A stretch of DNA of 64,000 nt from Amoebidium appalachense (lineage: Eukaryota > Protista > Ichthyosporea). Positions 37,215 through 64,000 of the stretch are shown piece after piece. Under the pieces are notes generated by a model that had not been told where the DNA came from, ran no database searches, and saw only the letters and a list, made by a program, of their open reading frames with translations. The position numbers were made by a program, and so were the translations under genes. The stretch lies in the NCBI GenBank assembly GCA_963693365.1, contig CAVNZM010000005.1, positions 11,307,728 through 11,371,727 of the forward strand, written 5' to 3'. Within the stretch, counting starts at the first letter, position 1; each line of letters opens with the position of its first letter.

Positions 37215-39291
37215 TTTCTCCCCCGTACCAGCACACACACACACGTACATGCGTGTGCGCACATTGTGGGCACACCTGAACTCTGTGTGGTGGGTAGGAG
37301 GGCTAACGGAGGAAAGCCGGTGACGTTTCGGATTGGAGAAGGAGATATCATTGCTGGTAGGTGGTGGTTGGGCTGTGTGGTTGGTTTTCTGGGTGTGTGT
37401 GAAGGGTTTGCTTGTGTGAAAAAGGGTGGAGATGGTAAGGATGTTGGTTTTCTGGGTGTGTGTGAAGGGTTTGCTTGTGTGAAAAAGGGTGGAGATGGTA
37501 AGGATGTTGGTTTTCTGGGTGTGTGTGAAGGGTTTGCTTGTGTGAAAAAGGGTGGAGATGGTAAGGATGTTGGTTTTCTGGGTGTGTGTGAAGGGTTTGC
37601 TTGTGTGAAAAAGGGTGGAGATGGTAAGGATGTTGGTTTTCTGGGTGTGTGAAGGGTTTGCTTGTGTGAAAAAGGGTGGAGATGGTAAGGATGTTGGTTT
37701 TCTGGGTGTGTGTGAAGGGTTTGCTTGTGTGAAAAAGGGTGGAGATGGTAAGGATGTTGGTTTTCTGGGTGTGTGTGAAGGGTTTGCTTGTGTGAAAAAG
37801 GGTGGAGATGGTAAGGATGTTGGTTTTCTGGGTGTGTGAAGGGTTTGCTTGTGTGAAAAAGGGTGGAGATGGTAAGGATGTTGGTTTTCTGGGTGTGTGT
37901 GAAGGGTTTGCTTGTGTGAAAAAGGGTGGAGATGGTAAGGATGTTGGTTTTCTGGGTGTGTGTGAAGGGTTTGCTTGTGTGAAAAAGGGTGGAGATGGTA
38001 AGGATGTTGGTTTTCTGGGTGTGTGTGAAGGGTTTGCTTGTGTGAAAAAGGGTGGAGATGGTAAGGATGTTGGTTTTCTGGGTGTGTGTGAAGGGTTTGC
38101 TTGTGTGAAAAAGGGTGGAGATGGTAAGGATGTTGGTTTTCTGGGTGTGTGTGAAGGGTTTGCTTGTGTGAAAAAGGGTGGAGATGGTAAGGATGTTGGT
38201 TTTCTGGGTGTGTGTGAAGGGTTTGCTTGTGTGAAAAAGGGTGGAGATGGTAAGGATGTTGGTTTTCTGGGTGTGTGTGAAGGGTTTGCTTGTGTGAAAA
38301 AGGGTGGAGATGGTAAGGATGTTGGTTTTCTGGGTGTGTGTGAAGGGTTTGCTTGTGTGAAAAAGGGTGGAGATGGTAAGGATGTTGGTTTTCTGGGTGT
38401 GTGTGAAGGGTTTGCTTGTGTGAAAAAGGGTGGAGATGGTAAGGATGTTGGTTTTCTGGGTGTGTGTGAAGGGTTTGCTTGTGTGAAAAAGGGTGGAGAT
38501 GGTAAGGATGTTGGTTTTCTGGGTGTGTGTGAAGGGTTTGCTTGTGTGAAAAAGGGTGGAGATGGTAAGGATGTTGGTTTTCTGGGTGTGTGTGAAGGGT
38601 TTGCTTGTGTGAAAAAGGGTGGAGATGGTAAGGATGTTGGTTTTCTGGGTGTGTGTGAAGGGTTTGCTTGTGTGAAAAAGGGTGGAGATGGTAAGGATGT
38701 TGGTTTTCTGGGTGTGTGAAGGGTTTGCTTGTGTGAAAAAGGGTGGAGATGGTAAGGATGTTGGTTTTCTGGGTGTGTGTGAAGGGTTTGCTTGTGTGAA
38801 AAAGGGTGGAGATGGTAAGGATGTTGGTTTTCTGGGTGTGTGTGAAGGGTTTGCTTGTGTGAAAAAGGGTGGAGATGGTAAGGATGTTGGTTTTCTGGGT
38901 GTGTGTGAAGGGTTTGCTTGTGTGAAAAAGGGTGGAGATGGTAAGGATGTTGGTTTTCTGGGTGTGTGTGAAGGGTTTGCTTGTGTGAAAAAGGGTGGAG
39001 ATGGTAAGGATGTTGGTTTTCTGGGTGTGTGTGAAGGGTTTGCTTGTGTGAAAAAGGGTGGAGATGGTAAGGATGTTGGTTTTCTGGGTGTGTGTGAAGG
39101 GTTTGCTTGTGTGAAAAAGGGTGGAGATGGTAAGGATGTTGGTTTTCTGGGTGTGTGTGAAGGGTTTGCTTGTGTGAAAAAGGGTGGAGATGGTAAGGAT
39201 GGGTGGTGGTTGGGTAGGTGGGGAGGAGGGGATGGGGGGGGGGGGGGGGGAGAGATAGAGGGCGGGAGAGAGCGTTGGGATGGGGGTGGGG

Positions 39292-39333
<42 letters not shown>

Positions 39334-39656
39334 GGAGAGAAGGAAGAGAGGGAGGGACAGGGGCAAGGCGAGGGGGGGAGGGGGGAGAGCGAGAGGGAGG
39401 GGGTGAAGGGGGAGGGAGGGAGGGGCAGAGAGACACAGGGAGAAGGAGACAGAGATTTTTGTGTGTGCATGGGTGGGACAGGATTCTTGGGCTTTTTTTT
39501 TTTTTGCATTACTCATGCCCCCCTTATCCCCTCCCCGCCCCCCTCCCCCCCCCCCCCTCATTCCCTGTTTTCTATTTGATACCTGTTTCTCCCTCACTTG
39601 TGTCTCCCCTTTCTTTTTTGGTTCTTTCTTGATATGTTAGGCGTTAGGCACATGGG

Positions 39657-39692
<36 letters not shown>

Positions 39693-40447
39693 GAAGGTGC
39701 AGGGGGCAGGAGAAGGGGGAGGGGAGGGGGAGGGGGAGGGGGGCTGGGAGGTGGGAAGGACAGAGGTAGATCGGGACTGCGGGGGGGGGGGGGGGGGGGG
39801 GGGGAGGGAGGGAGGATTGTCTATCGATTTTGGGCCCATGCGTTTCCATCTTGTTTCCGCCTCTTTGTGTTATACACTGCATTTCGGTGTTTCCTGGTGT
39901 CCCCCCATCTACAGCTTCCCCCCCGTCCCCTCACACCTCACACCAGGTGTTTCCATCTGATGTTGGGTGTGTTGTCTTCAGTCGATTGCTCAAGGGTTTT
40001 GTTTTATATCTCTAGTTTGTTTCCTTTTTCTTTGTGTGTCTGTGTGTGTGTGTGTGTGTGTGTGGGGTGGGGGGGGGGGGGGGGGGGGGGGAGGGGGGAG
40101 ATTCTTTGTGTTTGTGTGTGGGGGGGAGGGGGAGGCGAGGGGGGAGGGGGATTCTTTGTGTGTGGGGGGGGGGGGGGGGGGGGGGGGAGGGGAGAGGGTC
40201 TGTGTTGTGCCCCCTTCTGTCCCCAAACACACACACACACATAGTCTACTTTGTCTACTTGCACGACATCTCTCCGGAGCTTTTGATGTTCCTGTTTCCA
40301 CCTGCCCATGCCCTGCCCCCCCCCCTCTCCCATTCCCCTTGCTTTATTTGTCTTTTTTTTTTTTTTTTGTTTGTTTGTTTTTGAGGGGTGGGCAGAAGGG
40401 TTGGAGTGGTGGATCTGGGTGGTGGTGGTGGTTCTGTGTGTGTGTGT

Positions 40448-40491
<44 letters not shown>

Positions 40492-40658
40492 GATAAATTA
40501 ATAGAAAACCTGTAACGAAGGTCATGCTGCATCCTAACCCCCCCCCCCCCCCCCCCCTCCAGCACTTGATCTAGTGACTGCGCTGATGAATGAGGGTGAG
40601 GTGGCGCTGATCGAGTCCCACAGCAGTCTGGCCTACCAACACAGAGGCCTGTACGTGC

Positions 40659-40703
<45 letters not shown>

Positions 40704-40899
40704 ACACACACCCTCCCCCTCCCTGCCGGGTGCCCCACTCGACCCCATTACAGAAAAAAGGAAGAAGATTAGAACTGGTGAACACGGACACGCCAAGTGC
40801 GCGCACACACTCACATTTGCGCATGCACACACTTGTTTCACTCGCACACGGCACACACGTTGCGTCCCCATGTATGTATGCAGAGCGCACAGTGTCACA

Positions 40900-40970
<71 letters not shown>

Positions 40971-41120
40971 ACACACAAGGACGTGAGGATACACACACAC
41001 ACAACTTGAGGCACACACAGGCAGCCCCCCCCCCCCCCCCCCCCCCTCTCCCTCCCCCCCCCCCCCCCCCCCCCCTGGATGACAAGGTTGACTTACTCCC
41101 CCCTCCTGCGTCCCCGCCCG

Positions 41121-41177
<57 letters not shown>

Positions 41178-41273
41178 TCCCCCCAATGAACAGAGTCTGC
41201 CTTCCATGCATATATTTTATGTGCGCTCCGCAATCTACTTTGTGCTGTCTGCCATTAATGTTCTGGAACGAAT

Positions 41274-41304
<31 letters not shown>

Positions 41305-41471
41305 TTTCCCCCTTCTCTCAACACGCACACACAAAAACAGGCCGCCCCACATTGCACCCGACACGGACGTTGTGTTTGAGGTGGAATTCGTTGGGGTTGG
41401 TAAGCCCCCTGCAGACCTCAATGATTTATTGGCCCAGCCGAAAGAAAAGTTGGAGCTGGTGTTGCAGAAAA

Positions 41472-41546
<75 letters not shown>

Positions 41547-42147
41547 GGGGGGGGGGGGGGGGTTTAATTGTGGGTACGTGTGTAGGTATGTGTTTGGCAT
41601 GTGTGTGCTTGTACGTGTGTGCAAGGGAAAGGGCAAGCATGAAGCACCCGGGGGAGGCAGGAGGGGTAGGGCAAAGGCAGAGTGTTACGTGTTGGTGTGA
41701 GGATAAAATACTTCTGTGCTATTGTAAGTGGATTGATGCTGCTTCTCACTCGTACCCACTTCTGTCTGCCTGTCTCAGTGAACTCACTCATTATACATTC
41801 GTGTGGGCACGAGTTGAAAGAGACAGGAACTGAGAGTGGAATAAATAGTGTGGGGAGGAGGGGGGGGGGGGGGGGGGGGGGGGGATGGGGAAGGGGTGGA
41901 GAGGGTGAACTGCTGTTGTGGATGGCTGACACCCGAGCACACAGGAGCGAGGCAATGCTTTGTTTAAGGTTGGGGACTACGAGGGGGCAGTCAAGTCATA
42001 CACACAGGCCCTCAAAATCCTACGACACAAGGTATGAAACCCCCCCCCCCCCCCCCCCCCCCCCCTATCCCTGCGCAAAAAAAAAAAGAAGAAAAAAAGA
42101 AAGAAAAAGAAAAAGGACCCAGACACATTGGAGGAAGAGGTGGCCGG

Positions 42148-42179
<32 letters not shown>

Positions 42180-42391
42180 AAGGGGCGAGGGGGAAGGGGG
42201 AAGGGTGGAGGGGGGAGGGAGGGGGGGGGGGGGGGGGGGGGTATCTGCACTTAGCACACACAGAGGCAGGCACATATCCACGCCCACAAACCCCCTCTGG
42301 ATCCTCCAGCACACATCCTTAGCACCCAGGTTGTGTGGTGCTGTTTGAACTTGTGGATATTCGTCACGGGTATATAGGCAAGACCCAAGCG

Positions 42392-42429
<38 letters not shown>

Positions 42430-42444
42430 ACCCACCCACCCACC

Positions 42445-42478
<34 letters not shown>

Positions 42479-42514
42479 AGAGAGAGAATGAGAGAGGGAG
42501 AGGGGGGGGGGGGG

Positions 42515-42545
<31 letters not shown>

Positions 42546-42696
42546 AGGGAAGGAGGGAGGGAGGGAGGGGAGGGAGGGAGGGAGGGAGGGAGGAAGGGAC
42601 GGAGGGAGGGAGAAGAAAAAAAAAGAAAAGAAAAGAAAAGAAAAGAAGGGAAGGCAAAAGGGAAGAAAAGGAACGAAAATAAAAGCTACGCGCGCG

Positions 42697-42735
<39 letters not shown>

Positions 42736-43315
42736 CCACTAACCCACCCATCCACCCACACCACCACCTCCATTCCCCTCCCCCTCCTCCTCCTCCCTAC
42801 CCCCACTCCCCCCTCCCCCCTCCCCCCTCCCCCCTCTCTCCCTAACACCTCCTGCTCCCTGTCTCCCCACCACCACCTCCACCGCCCTCCCTCCCCCCTC
42901 CCCCTCCCATCCCCTTCCCCCCTTCAAACCCGCCCTCCCCGTCCCCCCCCCCCCTCCCCCCCCCCCCCCCCCCTCCCACGCCCACACACACAGCACGAAG
43001 AAGGTACCCAGCCACCACAACCCGACATCTCCGGTGAAGAACTCACCACCGTTCTGGCCAGTCTACGTGACACGCACCTCGCAGTGTGCAACAACACATG
43101 CCAGGCTCTGATCAAGGCAGACCAGTGGGCTGCTGCAAAAGAGGCTGCCGCAGAGGCTCTGTCTATCGATGCAAATAACGTAAAGGCGGTGTTTAGAATG
43201 GCTGAAATTATGATGGTATGTGTTGGGCACCCCCTTACCCCCCCCCCTTCTCTCTTCCCTCCACCTCACTCCTTATTTCTCATTTTTATCCACTCTCCTC
43301 TCCCCTTTCTTCTCC

Positions 43316-43352
<37 letters not shown>

Positions 43353-43580
43353 TCTCCCCTTCCTCTCCTGTTCCCCCCTCCTCTCCCCCCAACTCCCCCC
43401 CACCTCCCCCGCCCTTGCTCATACCATGCCCTTAGCCCTCGAGACACAATGTGTCCCCGCATACACACTTAGTTTTTCGATGTTTTTCAACAACACACGG
43501 TTCGGAGAATGCGTTGATGGACTGTCTGTGGAATCAATGCAGGGCGCCATTAGAAACTCATAACATGGGTATCGTGAGAG

Positions 43581-43618
<38 letters not shown>

Positions 43619-43922
43619 GGGAGAGGGGGAGGGGGGGGAAGGGGAGAGGGGGGGGGGGGGGGGGGGGGGGGGAAGTGACCATGTCTTATTGTGTTTACAT
43701 GTTTTGGCGGGGAGGGGGAAAGTGGAAAATGGAGGAGGTGGGGAGGAGGGGGTGGTCGTGTGTGTTGCTGTTTGAAATGTGCAGCAGAGTTCTTGTTCAT
43801 TCATGTTCAGTTCAAAGCTTTGCATGTACCACAATGTCGACAAAGCTTACACGTGCTCGTGTGTGCGCGCTTGTGCGGGTGGGTGGTTGAGGCATGGATT
43901 CCCTGGGAGGAAGTGTAACAGG

Positions 43923-43953
<31 letters not shown>

Positions 43954-44653
43954 TGGGGGCAACTGCACTGTGTGTGGTTGTGGTGGGGGTGCCTGGGTGC
44001 TTGGTGGGAGGAATGTTTCTTCTGACATTACTCCCCCGTGTGAGCAGAAAGGGTATGGGGAGCACGAAGAGGCACGACAGCTTTATCTCAAGGCCCAATC
44101 ATTGGATCCGAAGGACCCCGCCATTAGAGCTGGATTGGCCCAGGCGATAGAGGGGGTTAAAAAGGCTAGGGAGAGCGAAAAGAAACTCTATCAGGCAATG
44201 GTGGGGGGTAACAAGGAGTCTACAAGTGGAAATTCGCCATCGGCAACGAAAAAACAAAACACAGATGAGAAAAGTACGCAGGGAGGCGAGGGAACGGGGA
44301 AGAAGTTGACTCCGCCGCAGGTTAGCGTGACTGCGGACGAATCAGATGCAAGCAGCCCGGGTAGTGTGCGCAAAACACCAAAGGCGAAAAAGGAGAGGAC
44401 GGGGCCTGCTCCTTTAACACCCGGCGATGAACGGAGGCAAGGATTCATAAATATGATGGCTGGAATAGTTATTACGCTGATGATTGTGTATCTCGCGTAT
44501 ACACTGAGCGGGAAAATCAAGGTTGTGTCCCCTTTGGAAGATATTGAGGTGGCGGGAGGTGATTTTGGTGAGGATGGGAGTCAATCGGAGCACCCACACC
44601 ACGAACATACACACAGTCATGATGGAGATGGTCACTCACACGATGAAATGTAG
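34941..44653 (+). CDS. FKBP8: FKBP8/FKBP38-like immunophilin (FKBP domain, TPRs, C-terminal TM helix, His-rich tail), 8 exons, ~476 aa
   Basis: Exons: 34941-35069, 36042-36148, 37298-37356, 40563-40650, 41341-41473, 41945-42031, 42994-43215, 44048-44653; all phases consistent. Motifs WADLLGSGKLKKKVLKKG, FRIGEGDIIAALDLVTALMNEGEVA, PPHIAPDTDVVFEVE, KKERGNALFKVGDY..A..SY..AL, NNVKAVFR, TM FINMMAGIVITLMIVYLAYTL. Confidence 0.9.
36851..36988 (+). repeat. Poly-C-embedded short dispersed element in FKBP8 intron 2
   Basis: Near-identical to 28108-28251; flanked by C runs on both sides. Confidence 0.9.
37380..39200. repeat. Tandem array of 29 x 63-bp units in FKBP8 intron 3
   Basis: Unit GTTGGTTTTCTGGGTGTGTGTGAAGGGTTTGCTTGTGTGAAAAAGGGTGGAGATGGTAAGGAT; 1821 bp = 29 units, three of which lack one TG. 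Confidence 0.97.
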
Positions 44654-44976
44654 GAACCAATGGAAGTGCTGATTTCAAACAGAAATCATTATTGTATCAG
44701 CGGAAGTTCTAGTTGTTTGATATGGCAGGATTTGATGCGTGTTTTCTTTTTCCTTCTTTGGTTCGTTACACTGTCACAGTGTCTGACGACTGGCGGCATG
44801 GTTTTTCCATTTGGCCCGGGAGAGCCAAGCAGGCTAGTAAGGGACAATGTACACATGTTTATAAGGGCCATGTGTGCCTCCTGTTCAGACTATATCCAAT
44901 CACTGCCGGACAGTACAGAGCCGTTGATGTTGCAACAAAGCCTCCCTCACACACACACACACCTACATACACACAA

Positions 44977-45092
<116 letters not shown>

Positions 45093-45532
45093 CGAGAGGG
45101 AGGGAGAGAGATAGCGAGAGAGAGTCGGTGAAGTACACACACCGTGACACTATGTACATATGCACGCACGGACTACACCATACGCGCGTACACACACACA
45201 CACAGTATGGCATCTCTAAATCTAATGTATTAGTCGATACTCATGGTGGTGTGGCATGTACTCAGTGAATTGAATAATTGCAACGACACCTCGTAGGACC
45301 AATCAAAGCACTTCTATGAATTGTACAGTAACCAATAGCTTCACTCACAGTAAAACAGGGAGGTAAAAAGGGACACTGAGTCATATTGACTCGAGCCATA
45401 GTAGGTGGTAAGGTGTGCGCAGATCTATAGACATCTGTGCACACTAACTCGGGGGAGGGTGAGGGGGGGGGGGGGGGGGGGAGGGGGGGGGGGGGGATAG
45501 AGAAAGAGAGAGAGAGAGAGAGAGAGGCGGCA

Positions 45533-45566
<34 letters not shown>

Positions 45567-46019
45567 GGAGAGAGAGAGAGAGACGGAGAAAGAGAGAGAG
45601 AGGAGGTCTCTAATTTATAATGCGCAAAAGGAGGGAGCATAAGCACAAGGAGGAAGAGGGAGAGTCTCCGAGAAACCTTGTGTAGATCCCATTTCAAAGC
45701 GCAACGAGGTAGACCGTCGAGAAAACAAACAAAAAAACAGAATCTAAACAGATCAATGGAAAACCTCTTGCTATTCACGCCGTATGCAGTACTACGTGCT
45801 CCAACACTGAATTGTTTAGAGACGTCGTGTGTTTACGTATTTACCATTGCCTCAGTGATGCCCGGCATCTGAACAAGTGTGAATCACGGCCTCTGGTGAA
45901 AGAATCGGAGGGACTCTCGGAGGGAAGAACATGGAAGGAATCACATGGAGGACACACACATACAGATACACCGTGACACACACACACGCACGCACACACA
46001 CACACTCTCTCTCTCTCCC

Positions 46020-46090
<71 letters not shown>

Positions 46091-46297
46091 CCCGCGATAC
46101 TCAAATATAGATCAAGGGAGTTCCCTCAGATGTGTATTTGACCAACCACTGATAGGTGGTGTCGATATTGGCTGAACATGTGGATATTCCAACATCTGGG
46201 ATTAGATACGGTATGATAATTGGATACTATGAATGAATGAGTCTATGATGTAAATCAGCAGTAGTGTTTTATGTACGTACGTATACACGTGTATACT

Positions 46298-46349
<52 letters not shown>

Positions 46350-46507
46350 CTGTGTGTGTAGGTGGGTGTGTGAACGGTTTGTTGGGGGCGAGGGGGCAGG
46401 GGGCAGGGGGGGGGGGGGGGGGAGGAGGGGGACCGGTGCAAAAATTCCCTGAATCATGGTACCAGTGTCAGTGCAAAAATTCCCCGGTGCAAAAATTCCC
46501 TGTGACA

Positions 46508-46543
<36 letters not shown>

Positions 46544-47169
46544 GACTCTGGAGGGGGGGAGAGAGAGACAGAGCGCCTCAGACAGAGAGAGAGATCTCTA
46601 GAGAGAGAGAGCTGAGAGAGGACAGCCAAGAGGGAGAGAGAGAGACTGGAGAGAGACTCTGAATAGTTTTAAAGAGAGCGAGAGCGATAGGAGAGAGATA
46701 GAGAGAAAGAGAGAGAGAGAGGGTGGGGGAGAGAGAGAGAGATCTAGAGAGAGAGAGAGAGGAGAGTCTCAGAGAGAGAGAGAGAGAGAGGGGGTTTGCC
46801 GTTACCATAACATATGATAGAGAGAAAGAGAGAGAGAGAGAGGGAGGGGGAGAGAGAGAGAGAGATCTAGAGAGAGAGAGAGAGACGAGAGTCTCAGAGA
46901 GAGAGAGGGGGTTTGCCGTTACCATAACATATGTATGCATATGTCTGTCAGCTATGGACACAGTAAATACGTATGCACTGATCATGATCATGATGGCAGT
47001 ATGGTATAATTACTGTACATTACATGCAAATTCATGCGGTGCAGGCACCAAGGCCAAACAGCCGTGGCTTCCACCCATGCCATTCAGCCCAAGTTTGACG
47101 GTAGGCTTGGATTTTTTTTTAAGCTTCACTGCCAATTGCAACTTGGTGATCATATTTTGAAGTGGTGAT

Positions 47170-47214
<45 letters not shown>

Positions 47215-47613
47215 AAAAAAATAAAATAAAAAATAAATAAATAGTAATGGATGGCAACGATTCAACAAATTATAAGTTATTGAAAGTTCCTGGAGACTTT
47301 AAGTTCATATAATGATTCTTCCGCTTCATTCATTCCCTTCTTACAACACATTGATGGTGATATCACTGCCTCAAGTTGCCGCCAACAGATGATCGTACGT
47401 ACGCTGGTAACTTGAATTTGTGGTCTTGATGAAGCTTGCCATATGAATGGAATAAGAAAAGAACCTTTGAAAGAGTACGCGGCACTCTCAATATGGCGCT
47501 GGATCATCAAACCAGCACCACACAAGGCATCCAACTCCCTTACTGTAACTGTAAACCCGGCCGGGGCCCGCCGGGCCCCGTAAATTCCCGTAAAAAACTT
47601 CACGTATTTTGAT

Positions 47614-63999
<16,386 letters not shown>

Positions 64000-64000
64000 T

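Noticed and set aside
37380-39200. CRISPR-like array
   Set aside because: Units are contiguous and identical with no unique spacers; no cas genes; eukaryotic context.
37142-39632. 749-783-aa minus-strand ORFs and 305-316-aa plus-strand ORFs
   Set aside because: They are translations of a stop-poor 63-bp tandem array inside FKBP8 intron 3; open in several frames at once, and FKBP8 splices cleanly across it.
46700-46935. Local ~120-bp duplication, and similar ones at 47820-47910, 48880-49150 and 51608-51666
   Set aside because: Two-copy duplications anchored in microsatellites; explained by slippage or unequal crossover.

Overview
Eukaryotic, intron-dense genomic DNA (opisthokont-like proteins; species cannot be fixed from sequence) with introns full of poly-G/poly-C tracts and (CA)n/(GA)n microsatellites, so most entries in the ORF track are noise. 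Manual splicing recovers four conserved genes: PDCD2 (2 exons, -), an Argonaute with intact DEDH catalytic tetrad (14 exons, -), an FKBP8/FKBP38-like immunophilin (8 exons, +) and RNA polymerase III subunit RPC3 (18 exons, -). Directly upstream of the Argonaute lies a 12.7-kb block (17866-30566) bounded by ~490-bp inverted repeats and a 4-bp CCTT direct repeat. The inverted repeats are the 3' end of a retroelement-like ORF plus its tail. The block carries an intronless ~1000-aa disordered protein with spaced Trp/WG motifs (candidate AGO-hook) and a small PP1-docking (RVxF, Phactr/Bni4-like) ORF missed by the ORF track. Also seen: a family of ~100-150-nt elements embedded in poly-C tracts and oriented sense to host genes, GA-AG and GC-AG introns, a +1 frame break in Argonaute exon 1, a 29x63-bp intronic array, and a Tourist-like MITE with a central palindrome.
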